A DNA stretch of 63,000 bases. It comes from Chiloscyllium plagiosum (taxonomy: Eukaryota). Below the pieces are notes generated by a model. That model worked only from the letters and a program-made list of their open reading frames with translations, was not told the DNA's origin and searched no databases. Positions 25,719 to 37,190 of this stretch are shown here, in pieces. Where the stretch lies: NCBI RefSeq assembly GCF_004010195.1, contig NW_025215089.1, positions 1 to 63,000 of the forward strand. The letters are read 5' to 3'. A program made the position numbers and the translations under genes. Positions within the stretch are counted from its first letter, which is position 1. Each line of letters opens with the position of its first letter.

Positions 25719-26399
25719 TCAGGTTCAGTGTTACCAGCAAGTCATGCAAATTATTACATTTTTAAAAAATAAGTTCTAAACCAAAGTTACTCGAGCTACG
25801 ATGGAAAGATACATGAGAAACAGTTTGGAAATTAACAATATGTACATCAATATTTGTTTTCTTCTGAGACACAGAAATGTGTACAATCCTTGCAAAATAT
25901 TAATTCGGAAGAGTTTCGTCCAAATAATAATTGATTTCACGACATAAAGAAAATTGCAATTGTCTCAGTTGTTATTCTACATCTGAAGTTATTCTGTTCA
26001 CACAAGCTGCTAGCATTAGGGTGTCTTCCTGGAACAGTTTGATTTAGTTGAATTTCCTTTGCTGCAGGCAGTAGAGATATTCCATTGAATCCTCAACAGG
26101 GGTCCTACATAAGTGAAAAAGATATCTGATGGGTTTTCAGCTCTCATATGTTGCTGTTACGCGAAAATCAATCTGAACCGTGTACAGTCTCGTTGAAAGT
26201 TCCCCTGACTGTCTGATTCCAGCATTGATCTCTTCTCAATTCAAAGTTTAAAATGAAAATACATGTTTACATGTGCCTGCATGAATTTATTTACAATAAA
26301 TTCATGTCTTCATAGTACCTGCCATAACATTAATGTATTGTTTCCTTAAAATTGAATCCTTAGTTTCATTTTCTCAACCATCGGATATGCTTCTGATGC

Positions 26400-26795
26400 A
26401 CTCTCCTCAGGTTAGATGGTTCAATACGAATATCTCCCACTTTCATACCTGAACTGCCCTGGACTTGTATAGGCCACGAGGGATCTAGATACGGTAAACA
26501 GCTCAGATTTTTTTAGAGGCTATAAACTCGAGGGCATAAATTAAGGTGATAGGGGCAAGATTTTCATACAGACGGTAGTGTGCGTGTGGAACGAGCTACT
26601 CTCCTCAGGTTAGATGGTTCAATATGAATATCTCCCACTTTCATACCTGAACTGCCCTGGACTTGTATAGGCCACGAGGGATCTAGATACAGTAAACAGC
26701 TCAGATTTTTTTAGAGGCTATAAACTCGAGGGCATAAATTAAGGTGATAGGGGCAAGATTTTCATACAGACGGTAGTGTGCGTGTGGAACGAGCT
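26400..26795. repeat. 198-bp tandem duplication (2 copies), partly CR1 3' sequence
   Basis: 26400-26597 vs 26598-26795; two differences, both CpG transitions. Confidence 0.95.
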
Positions 26796-26985
26796 GCCAG
26801 AGGAAGTGATAGAGTTGGATACAATTACAAACTTTATGAGGCATCTGGATGGGTATATGAATAAGAAGGGTTTAGACAGTTATGTGCCTAATGCGGCAAT
26901 GGAATTACATCAGAATGAAATATCTGGTAGGTCCAGATGAGTTGGGCCGAACGGTCTATTTACTCGCTGTATGACTCTATGCATC
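26796..26985 (+). mobile_element. CR1 3'-end fragment
   Basis: gccagaggaagtg...gagttgggccgaa...atgactctatg tail. Confidence 0.7.
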
Positions 26986-27958
26986 CATCAGGCCTTCATT
27001 TTAGTAACGAGTAAAGTACAACATCTTTGAAAAGCTTCTAAATCAATTGCATATTTTTCTAACAGTATAGGGGTTCAGAACTTCACACAATGCATCAGAT
27101 TATAATCTAAGCATTGCCATGTACAAATGCAACAAAACATCCCCATGATTATACCTGATCGCCTTTGTATGAAACTGCGTCATTGCATACACTTTCTTAA
27201 TCACTTGCTAAATCTCCTAACTAAGTTTAAGTGATTCTTGTACTGGAACATATAAATCCCTGAGTACCACGGAATATTACGATTTTTTCTCAATTTAAGC
27301 ATTTTAATATTGTTTTGTACGTCTCTCACAGCACGAATCGTCGTTATAGCATTACTGCCCAAGAGTTTCTCATTAACCTCCCCTGTCTTTTTTTGCCCAT
27401 TGCAGAGTCTCCATGTCCAATTAAATGACTATCTTCGTGAATGAACTAATTGAGCTCCAATCAAATCAATCCCCTCATCCATGTCATTGGTATAGATTAT
27501 AAATAGTTGATGGTCTCACACTGATTCCTGAGGCACTCCACTACGTTACTGCTTCACAACATGAAAATAAACATTTATCGTGAATATTTCTTCCCTTATA
27601 GTTAACCAGGGCTCACCTGACCAGGGCAGCTGACTAGATACTTTGGTTACCCCCCTCGGCCCCCCACCACCACCACTCCCTAATATTTACATGCATTTAC
27701 AGTTCTGAATTATTTCAATCTATTCTCGTGTAAATCTGTCGAAGGCAGAATGGATGATTGGTATCTTCATCTACCGCTTCAACAGCCACGATAAGTGCAC
27801 ATTGATTAGGAGAAGCAGTTATCCCTTTCATCCGTCGAGCCTGCTGCAAAATTCAGAATGCTCATTGTTGATGTGAGTGTGGCTGAACATTCCTTTTGAG
27901 TCTGTCTTCTTGTTCATCAAACCCTCTGGAACCGAACCTTGAATGTTTTCAGTCACCC

Positions 27959-28279
27959 AGTCCTCACAGCATATTGAAAATGAGAACACCACAGATTGCA
28001 CAATGCTAAAGAGAAAGCAACATCGCTATCCCAGTCCGAAATGGGAATGTCTTATTCTCAAAGATTGTTCCCTTCAAACCAATCACTGCCCTTTGAATCA
28101 CAACAATTAGGAACAGATAGTCCTCACAGCATATTGAAAATGAGAACACCACAGATTGTACAATCCTAAAGAGAAAGCAACATCGCCATCCCAGTCCGAA
28201 ATGGGAATGTCTTATTCTCAAAGATTGTTCCCTTCAAACCAATCACTGCCCTTTTGAAACACAACAATTAGGAACAGAT
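27959..28279. repeat. 160-bp tandem duplication (2 copies)
   Basis: 27959-28118 vs 28119-28279, about 5 differences. Confidence 0.95.
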
Positions 28280-28509
28280 ATAGACCATTCAGCCCCTCAA
28301 ACCTGACTATACTCCCATTAATGCGCTTCACTCAAATACTTTCCAAAGTTAGCATCCACTTAGTTCGCAGAAAGAGAATCCTGTACAGCATAAGTTCATA
28401 TGCAAATGAGAAACTGGAGCAGAATTAGGCTATTCGACTCATCATTGCTGAAATCTTTCTCCAAGCCATTCACTTGCCTTCTCCGACTGACCTTTGATTG
28501 CCTATTAAT

Positions 28510-28730
28510 TGTTGTGTAGGATTAGTCTTACCAGATCATAGGTTCTGCTCTTTTATGAGCGAGAAACGACTGGTGGTGATTTAACTTGAGGGCCACCAGA
28601 CCACAGGTGAGGGAAACGGTGGCGAATGAGGGTCCTTCATGTGGAACTCAAACCGGTAATGGTAACTAATCCCATACTGTTGGCGTCACTCTGCTCTTAA
28701 AAAAACAATTCAGCCAACTGAACTAAACCA
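28510..28730 (-). mobile_element. tRNA-derived SINE (non-HE1 family), degenerate
   Basis: Minus strand begins ggtttagttcagttggctg (A-box-like) followed by gcagagtgacgccaacag and a body ending ctggtaagact. Confidence 0.55.
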
Positions 28731-28782
28731 ATTTTCTGCCTATTGAATTAATATATATACATATTTCTTTCTATATTTTTAT

Positions 28783-28807
28783 ACACACACACACACACAC
28801 ACACACA
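28783..28807. repeat. (CA)n microsatellite
   Basis: Uninterrupted acacac run. Confidence 0.9.
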
Positions 28808-29076
28808 ATAAACTCACACACCCCTGTGTGTTTGTGGGTGCGTTATTGGGGGGAAGGGATTCATGTTTTTGCGTGTATGTGCCCATATTTGTGTGTATCT
28901 CTTTGTGCATGTGTTCTGTGTATTAGTGTCATTGTCTCTGCTTGTGTGTACTTCAGACTGCATCTCTGCAATCTTGTTTTCCAAGTCATTCCATTAATGA
29001 ATGAAAGTCTCCCACCTGTCTTCTGTTGTCCTTTTTTTTAATATTCAATACGACACTGCACTCTGCTGGCGACCCC

Positions 29077-29522
29077 ACACGATTGCATGCGTGGCAATTT
29101 TTTCTTCGAGAAGACACCAAATAATGTCAATCTCGAACGATGCACAGTTGTTTTGTTTCTCAAATAGTATATTTGGAAGCACAGAGCAGTTTTGCTCATA
29201 GTAAGCAATGTTGTTCCTGCGATATTCCGACCACTATTGAGTCTTTTTCAGACTTTTCGATTCTTTCTCGTATAGTTTTTAACCATTAGGAAACATTACA
29301 ACACGATTGCATGAGTGGCAGTTTTTTCTTCGAGAAGACACCAAATAATGTCAATCTCGAACGATGCACAGTTGTTTTGTTTCTCAAATAGTATATTTGG
29401 AAGCACAGAGCAGTTTTTCTCATAGTAAGCAATGTTGTTCCTGCGATATTCCGACCACTATTGAGTCTTTTTTCAGACTTTTCGATTCTTTCTCGTACAG
29501 GTTTTAACCATTAGGAAACATT
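29077..29522. repeat. ~224-bp tandem duplication (2 copies)
   Basis: 29077-29297 vs 29301-29522, about 6 differences, 3-bp spacer. Confidence 0.95.
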
Positions 29523-31397
29523 GCATGTTGCTGAATGTGCAATAACTTATCTCATCCCCTGATAAAATAGTTCAGTTGGAGGTGCACACTTCTATTCTGA
29601 TGGACCCAACGCGCTGTCATGTTGGATGGTGCTATGCTCTGCAATTCTCCCTCTCTGCAATCCAACTGAATCATTGAGGCCTATCATCCTCTGCCCCTGT
29701 CGCTTTGGGCGACGTTGTATCTCTTTTAGCATCACAGAGACTGCCAAACTTGCATCCACACACAGACTCACGCAGAAACAAATACACATATAAATGAACC
29801 TACACTTAAATACACATTGATACAGATGCACAAACTATAATACAGAAACACAGGCATACACAATAATGCCTTGACATATATACAGACGTTGGGAATCTGT
29901 AAGTATATCTTCAGATCTTCGGTTATTTTCTCACTATGTCACTGGCAGTGTCGTGGTTTCTCAGCATTACTCTTACTCAGATGTTTGAGTTTGCCAGTAT
30001 GTCAGTTGTCTTGCGTGGAGCACGATGTAGTACAATTTCCATGCTTGCAGATATGTGACAGATGAGGATCAATGTAGAGCAGTGGAAGGTGGTGCACTTT
30101 GGTAGGAATGACTTTCAAAGACAGCATAAAACAATCTGTATCTTTCTTGACGGGGTCGAAGAGTAGAGGGTCCTGGATGTGTATGAGCACAGGTTATTGG
30201 AGATGCCAGGACAGACAGGGAGAGCAGTAAATACTACAGATACATTTCAGTTTCTGCGCTGTTCACAGCAGTATGCGTAAGAGAGTGCCACCGTGCTTCC
30301 TTCCTGGGAGTTGTTGGAGACAATGTGTTGTGAGCACGCCCTCATGCCCACTGAGACAGTGGGGATTCCATTTGTACCAACTCGACACAAAAGATAGATG
30401 GCATCAGGGCCACACCTTCTGAGTTATGCCATGGTTAAACAGAACTGCCAGTGGGTTTAAAGTGAGAATTGTCCCTCAATGAACATTGCTCCTGACTCAA
30501 TTGTAGGGCTTGGATATCTCCAAATCTCCATGTGAGGCATACTCGTCCTCTCCGAATTGTACCCCTCGACATGGTGGCAGGAAGGGGGTGAGGGTTGACT
30601 TGGCACTTTCCGTCCTATTCCTATTGAACTGTCATTGAATGAGAGGGACACCATGGATTGGGGTACGTTGTTAATGAAGTGAGTTCAAAAGGAAACGAGC
30701 TCGGCCTCCCTGACACACACAATGAAAATGTGACTGAGAAAAAGTATTGTTAGATTCAGCACAAAGAGTCTTAGACTTTGCTGAGCCCACCCCCCGTTTC
30801 AAAGCACAGCTGCTTGTCCATTACTCCCTATCACAGAGAAGGAGCTAAACGTGACTTACCTTTGTTGGGGGGGTGGGGGGCAGTATTTGTGGCAAGTCAT
30901 CATAAATCTATTAGTTTTAAAATAGAGGTGGAAACGGACGAACTGGAACTAAAATGTCAGGTTCGAAATTGGAGGAAGGCCAAATTTGTTGATACTAGGC
31001 AAGAACTTTTAAAATACGATTGGACCTCATAGTGGCCATCTGGGAAGGGGGACGCTGACAAAAACGAGATATCAAGAGTTCAGAGTCAGTCTGCTCCTGT
31101 TAGGGTAAAGGGTAAAGGTGGGAGATGTGAGAAATGCTGGATGACTCGAGAAGTTGAGGTTCTGTTCCTGGATAAGTGGGAATCATATGTCAGATATAGA
31201 CAGCAGGAATCGATTTTTTTTCAATACTCAGTCATGGGACGAAGGTGTCGGAGGGTAGGCAGAACTTATTGGCCATCTCTAATTTCCCATAGGTCAGTTC
31301 AGAGTTAAACACATTGCTGTGTGTCTGGAGTCACATGTAGACTAGACCAGGTAAGTATTAGGGTGTCGGTTTGTTGGCTGAGCTGTAGGTTTGATAT

Positions 31398-31437
31398 CCA
31401 GACGTTTCGTTACGTGGCTAGGTAACATCATCAGTGG
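31398..31437 (-). ncRNA. Minimal type-I hammerhead ribozyme motif, core and stem I intact
   Basis: Minus strand: cca-CTGATGA-t-gttac-ctagccac-gtaac-GAAAC-GTC-tgg. Confidence 0.85.
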
Positions 31438-32184
31438 CGAACTCCAAGTGAAGCGAAGCTGTTGTCTCCTGCTTTCTATTTATATCTTTCTCCTGGATGG
31501 GGTTCCTGGGGTTTGTGGTGATGTCGTTTTCTGAGGGGTTGATGGATGGCATCTAGATCTATGTGTTTGTTTATGGGGTTGTGGTTGGAGTTCCAGGCCT
31601 CTAGGCATTCTCTGGCATGTCTTTGCTTAGCCTGTCCCAGGACAGCCAGTCTACTAAGACCCCTCAGAATCCTAGTAGCACACAAACCCACCAACACTCT
31701 CAAACAAAAACTAACAAACTTAAAATACCCAATACATCCCATGGACAAAACCAACGTCATCGACAAAATTCCATGCAAGGATTGCCACAAACACTACATA
31801 AGACAAACAGGAAGAAAGTTACCATCAGAATATACGAACACCAGCTAGCCACAGTTACCATCAGAATATACGAACACCAGCTAGCCACAAAATGACATGA
31901 CCCTCTCTCCCTCGTAGCCCTATACACGGATGAAAAAAGCCACCATTTCAACTGGGACAACACATCTACTCTGTGACAGGCTAAGCAAAGGCATGCCAGA
32001 GAATTCCTAGAGGCCTGGCACTCCAAACACAACGCCATAAACAAACACAGAGTTCGAGATGCCATCTATCAACCCCTCAGAAAATGAACAGGAAATGACA
32101 TCACCACAAAGCCCAGGAACCTCATCCAGGGGAAAGTTATAAATAGAAAGCACGACACAACGGCTTCGCTTCACTTGGAGGTCA

Positions 32185-32224
32185 CCACTGATGATATTAC
32201 CTAGCCAGGTAACGAAACGTCTGG
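32185..32224 (+). ncRNA. Minimal type-I hammerhead ribozyme motif, core intact, first stem II pair mismatched
   Basis: cca-CTGATGA-t-attacct-agcc-aggtaac-GAAAC-GTC-tgg. Confidence 0.8.
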
Positions 32225-32607
32225 ATATCAAAGCGACAGCTCAGCGAGCAAACCGACACCCTAAATCTCAACCTGAGCGACAAAACTTAACAAACCCTGC
32301 AACAGGTCAGTATTGCAGTTTGCTTCCTTAAATGACAATCGTGTATCAGACTGGTTTTCCAAACAATTGAAAATGGATTAATCATCGTCATTAGACTCTT
32401 AATTCCATGTTTAAAGTGAATCACCAGAGGAGTCTAAAGGCAGTAGGGCTGCATCTCAGAAGGAAATCAGGAGGGTAAACAGGGTACATGTGGTCGCTAT
32501 GGCAAGTAAAGTTAAGGAGTATCCAAAGGCTTTCTAGAAATGCATTAAAGAGAAAAGAGCAACTATGGAGATCAACAACGTTGCCGATATGCAGAACTGC
32601 TTGAGAT

Positions 32608-33640
32608 GAAATGGGCCGCTACGTAGATGACTCCTATGTCATCACAAAACGAAACAAAATAGAAGAGACATGTCACATCATCAACACCCTCACAGGCATA
32701 AAGTTCACCAAGGAGGAAGAAACCGGCACAAGTTCGCTTTCCTGGACGTCACAGTCGAGAGAATCGATGACGGAGAACTACAAACCTGTGTGTACAGAAA
32801 ACCGACAAACACTGACCAAATAATTAATTACACCAGCAACCATCACAACACACACAAACGAAGCTGTGTCAGAACACTATTCCAACGAACCACCACACAC
32901 TGCAGCACAGACAAACTTCGGAAAACAGAGGAGAACTACCTATACAACATATTCAAGAAGAACAGACACTACAAAATACCGTCCGCAGATTCCTCAGGAA
33001 CAAACCACGACAAGCAGGCCGAACACAGCCAGGAACCCTAATCAACTTACCATACATCAAATAAGTGTCAGAAATGGCAACCAGACTACTAAGACCTCTC
33101 GGAATCCTAATAGCACACAAACCCACCAGCACTCTCAAACAAAAACTAACAAACTTGAAAGACCCAGTACAACCCATGGACAAAACCAACGTCATCTTCA
33201 AAATTCCGTGCACGGACTGCCACAAACACTACGTAGGACAAACAGGAAGAAAGTGAGCCACTAGGATCCACGAACACCAGCTAGCCACAAAAAGACACGA
33301 CTCTCTCTCCCTGGTTGCCCTACACGCGGATAAAAAAGACACCATTTCAACTGGGACAACACATCTATCCTTGGTCAGGCTAAGCAAAGATATGCCAGAG
33401 AATTTTTAGAGGCCATAAACAAACACATAGGTCTAGATACCATCTATCAACCCCTCAGAAAACGAACAGAAAGTGACACCACCACTAATCCCAGGAACCC
33501 CATCCAAGACAAACATATAAATAGAAAGCAGGAGACAACAGCTTCGCTTCCCTTGGAGGTCCCCACTGATAATGTTACCGAGCTAGGTAATGAAACGTCT
33601 GGAGACCAAACCTACAGCTCAGCGAGCAAACCTACAGCCC
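32608..33640 (+). mobile_element. Penelope-like element (family A2), RT C-terminus + GIY-YIG + pLTR
   Basis: GRYVDDSYVI, FAFLDVTV, VYRKPTNTD, IFKIPCTDCHKHYVGQTGRK. Confidence 0.92.
33563..33602 (+). ncRNA. Hammerhead motif, degenerate (G8->A)
   Basis: cca-CTGATAA-t-gttacc-gagcta-ggtaat-GAAAC-GTC-tgg. Confidence 0.7.
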
Positions 33641-34714
33641 ATTTCCAAAAGGTTTCCTGTTGCTTCCTCTGTGGAGACAGAAGCAACATTCTTACCTCGA
33701 ACAGAGATGGCCTCTGTCACGTAGCGAATATGTGAGAGGATGACAATGTGGCATTTTGGATATATCACCCCCACATGTCCGGAATGTTCTAGAATCAAAA
33801 CATTTGTTGGTATTGTCAGTGCAGTCTTCTCTCTGGTATGAAACTACAGGTTGTGCTGAATGAAGTTACAAAGCTCTGTGACCTCCACATTGTTGGAATG
33901 AACTGGCTTCACACTTCGGACCTGGATAAGACACTACATTAGGAAGTAGCAAAAATGATAGTGGAGTGTCTTGGCCCTCTCTGTGCGGTCTCTGCAGACC
34001 CAGACAATTTGTAAATGCAGTGTCTACACCTTGTCCATTGTGGGGATACAAGACCCTCAGATCTCCCTGAACAATCAATGCAGCTGACAACACAAATCCA
34101 AGGTTACCATCCAGCGAACTTCCTCTGACTTTCCAATAACAGGAACAAGTCAAATCTTTTTGTATATAGTCCACCCGCTCAGCGTTAAAATGCCATCCTC
34201 TCATTAGTTTGCATTCCTCGCTAAGCACTGGCATCCTGCAGTGGTTCAAGAAGGCAACTCACCAACAGCTTATCAAGGGCAACTGTGAAAGGGAAATATA
34301 TACTGACTCAGAAATAACACTGATGAACCATTAGTGAATAAAAGAAGATGACCACACTCACGGAATAGAAACAGAGGAAACATAACTCACTTTAAACAGG
34401 GACATATACTGACCTGGGCATGTGGGAAAAAGTGGAAAATCAGTGATAATAATCTCATAAATTAATTCCATCCCAAATGATTATCAACAATTCCTTTGTT
34501 GATTCATTTTCCTTTCTCTCTATTTCTTCATAATCAGATCACTCCACCAATACACAATACACTAATTCCCAGTTATTTTCAGACCTGACCAGTGATCAGA
34601 GTACTCAAAACCCTGTTTATATGTCAACTGAGGCTGCCAAACCTGTCCCTCAGCACTCTGTTTCTTTCTGTTTCAGATCTCCAGTATCTTTCTTTGTTTG
34701 ATTTACCCTTTATT

Positions 34715-35092
34715 TTGTTATTTTATGGGATTTCAGCATCGCAGACAAGGGCAGCGTTTGATAACCATCACTAATTTCCATTGACTGTGACCATTCTGCA
34801 AGGTAGTACAGAACCAAGCACATTGCTACGGGTATGAATCACTCTTAATCTAAACTCGGTTACATGTTATATTTCGTTACCAAAAGATATCAGTAAAACG
34901 GATAGGTTATTGGACAAAATGCTGCTCATTTTATGGTTACAGTTCGTGATTTTTTTTTAAATTTCCGTTCATATTATTTGAATTTATGTTCTGCTACCAG
35001 CTGTGGTAGGATTTGAAACAATGTCTTTCGTGTAGTGACCTCTGACCTTGAATTATCCATCCAACGACTTTCCTACTCTGACACATTGTCCC
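34715..35092 (-). mobile_element. Deu-domain SINE (SacSINE1-like), degenerate
   Basis: Homologous blocks to 31215-31359 (cacattgct) and B-box-like ggtaggatttgaa in reverse. Confidence 0.5.
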
Positions 35093-35499
35093 CATTATGA
35101 AGTAAATTTGGATACAAGGGAAAGTTTGTGATTGAAATATGTGTAACTGGATCAGTGACCAGAAGAGAAGTGTGATCTTGATCTTGGTTTAGATAATGGT
35201 TTATTCAGCAACCGCTCTGACGCAGAGTTGGAGATTCGGGGTATTATGAAACGAGTAGTGGACAGGTTTGGTGATGGAAGATAATTCAAGATATAATTCA
35301 ATTCAAGACAAAAACGGTGCAGACAGTCTTGTTCTTGGATATTTGTGAGGAAAGATTCTGACATATACAGATAATGAATGGAGTTTATAATAAAACTAAA
35401 TGCAATAGTTTATGTATTTACCAGATATACAAAACAGAAAAAAAAGAATTTCAACATGGTTTCTGTAATTAATAAATGAGCAGAATTAGAGGGACTTAC

Positions 35500-35908
35500 C
35501 AGGAATACCAATAATAGCGAGGACTGGATAGTACCCTGCCTGAATAATCATGAGTACACATAGTATCTGTCTTGGTAAATCTGATTTCGTCCTGTGCAAC
35601 CAGTAAAGACCTTCGGATACACGCCTGTGCGGAATTGCAACATTCCAGTCCATTGCTCTCAGATTCTGATCCATTGATTCAACATTCCAGTCCATTGTTC
35701 TCAGATTCTGATCGATTTTTGGAACATTCCAGTCGAATGTTCTCAGATTCTGATTTCTCCTTGCCCTGTCTATGGAGCTGCTGAACTCTGTTCGTGACGG
35801 AGTTAATGCATCTCTTGCTACAATAGCATAACACATTGAAAGAAGCCTCTTACTAATAGGAGAGAGAACCCCTCCAGTGACACAGTTAGGATCCATGGAG
35901 ACTGACAT
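35500..35908 (-). CDS. Putative first coding exon of a GPR139/GPR142-like class A GPCR (N-terminus + first half of TM1); start codon uncertain
   Basis: Open frame ends ...IIQAGYYPVLAIIGIP followed directly by phase-1 donor G|GTAAGT (intron starts 35499); YYP.LA.IG.P then intron matches my recollection of exon 1 of the expanded elasmobranch GPR139-like family; in-frame ATGs at 35908, 35896, 35836, 35695, 35674, 35653. Confidence 0.7.
35639..35756. repeat. 42-bp coding tandem repeat (~2.8 copies; two alternating 21-bp subunits)
   Basis: aacattccagtc.attg.tctcagattctgat at 35639, 35681, 35723; encodes QNLRTFDWNVPKID/QNLRTMDWNVESMD/QNLRAMDWNV. Confidence 0.95.
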
Positions 35909-36829
35909 CAATCAGTCTCTGAACAAACAGTTCCAATTAACCTCTTCACTATAGAACTTCCAGCTCACATTAACATTTGGACTGGATTGGATGTCAACAT
36001 CACTAACTATTGATTTAATCTCCAAACACGATTGCTCTAGCGAAGTTAGTGGTGAGGAGAAATGACGGATGATTTCTTTTTGCAGGCTATATGATTCAGA
36101 ATGTTATACATTTACAATGCTGTAACCGCTTGCCTCCCTAAAAATCACACAATCAAGTTGTTGTTACTGTGCTGCTCTCTCCTCCGCTGCAACAAATGCC
36201 AACCAAAAGATGGCCAAATAACAGAGTTGCCCTGGCATTACAGAAAGAGCTTGGAATTGTCTGGACGTTCCTCTCACTGCCCTCAGAAGGCTAAGTTGTA
36301 ATGTCAACACAAGTGCTGGTCAGGATACTTTTTTAAAAAATTGACAAGCATATTATTGCTGTATTACTCGTTGTAAAACAATAATTGACTTTTCATGACT
36401 TCAGACCTAAGTCAAACTTGGCATGTACAAAGACCTTGGTCATTAAAAACCATGGATTCATGAGTCAGGGACAGAGTGGATATACCATCAACTCGGAGAC
36501 AGAAATGCGAACAGTTGCTGTGGAGACATTGCCCAGTCATCATCTCTCTTTCTGCCAGATAGAATGTGACGCAATGTGAACCAAACAGGATAAGTTTGAT
36601 AGGAGATAAGAGTACGTTATGTATTAACTTAAATCACTGGATATCCAGATCGATAAGGTTGAGCATAAATGCAAAGAATATTCGGAATTAAAAACACAGA
36701 CAACAATGCGCAGGGCCATGTGAGAATACAGAACAACAACAGTCAAGAAAAAAACTCATTCCGAGCTTGTGCAGAAATGATGGTCTCAGTAACTGCCAAC
36801 TTTGTTGCATTTTTCACATGGAATCCTAA

Positions 36830-37190
36830 ATTGTAACAGTGAGATATTCGGCCTATTGAACCTACACTGACCTCTGAAGAGCACTGCACCCAGAACCACC
36901 TGCTACCCTATCCATGTATCTCCTATGGCTATCCTGCCTCCTCCACTATCCCTGTAACTGCATAGCCAACTCAAGTAGCTACAGATGAGCAATTTAACAT
37001 GGTCAATTCCGTTAAAATTTGCATGTTTGGACTGTGGGAGGAATCGGGAGTAGCTTAAGGAAGCACTTACAAACAAGGGAAGAATGTGAAAGCTCAATAC
37101 AGGCACTGGATTAAGGGTGCAATTTTACCAAGGCCCGTAATGCTATAAGACAGCAGCGCTAACCCTTGAGCCACCGTGCCACCGTGCCAC
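36830..37190 (-). mobile_element. HE1-type V-SINE, degenerate
   Basis: ttggactgtgggaggaa and gagccaccgtgcc (reverse of head). Confidence 0.7.

Larger units (their letters stand above)
31360..32302 (+). mobile_element. Penelope-like element (family A2) with inverted 5' pLTR segment and 12-bp TSD
   Basis: 31360-31642 is the reverse complement of the 3' part; 31641-32302 encodes KIPCKDCHKHYIRQTGRK; caggtaagtatt (31348-31359) vs caggtcagtatt (32303-32314); 36-bp internal duplication 31817-31888. Confidence 0.93.
31215..32415 (-). mobile_element. Deu-domain SINE (SacSINE1-like), split by a PLE (parts 31215-31359 and 32303-32415)
   Basis: cacattgctgtgtgtctggagtcacatgtagactagaccaggtaag continues after the PLE as gcagtttgcttccttaaatgaca...cattagactcttaattcc. 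Confidence 0.7.
30930..32570 (+). mobile_element. Degenerate CR1 ORF2 fragment (30930-31212 and 32420-32570), host of nested SINE and PLE
   Basis: HKSISFKI...NWRKAKF...RQEL before the insertions; aaggaaatcaggaggg...aaggagtatccaaagg after. Confidence 0.65.
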
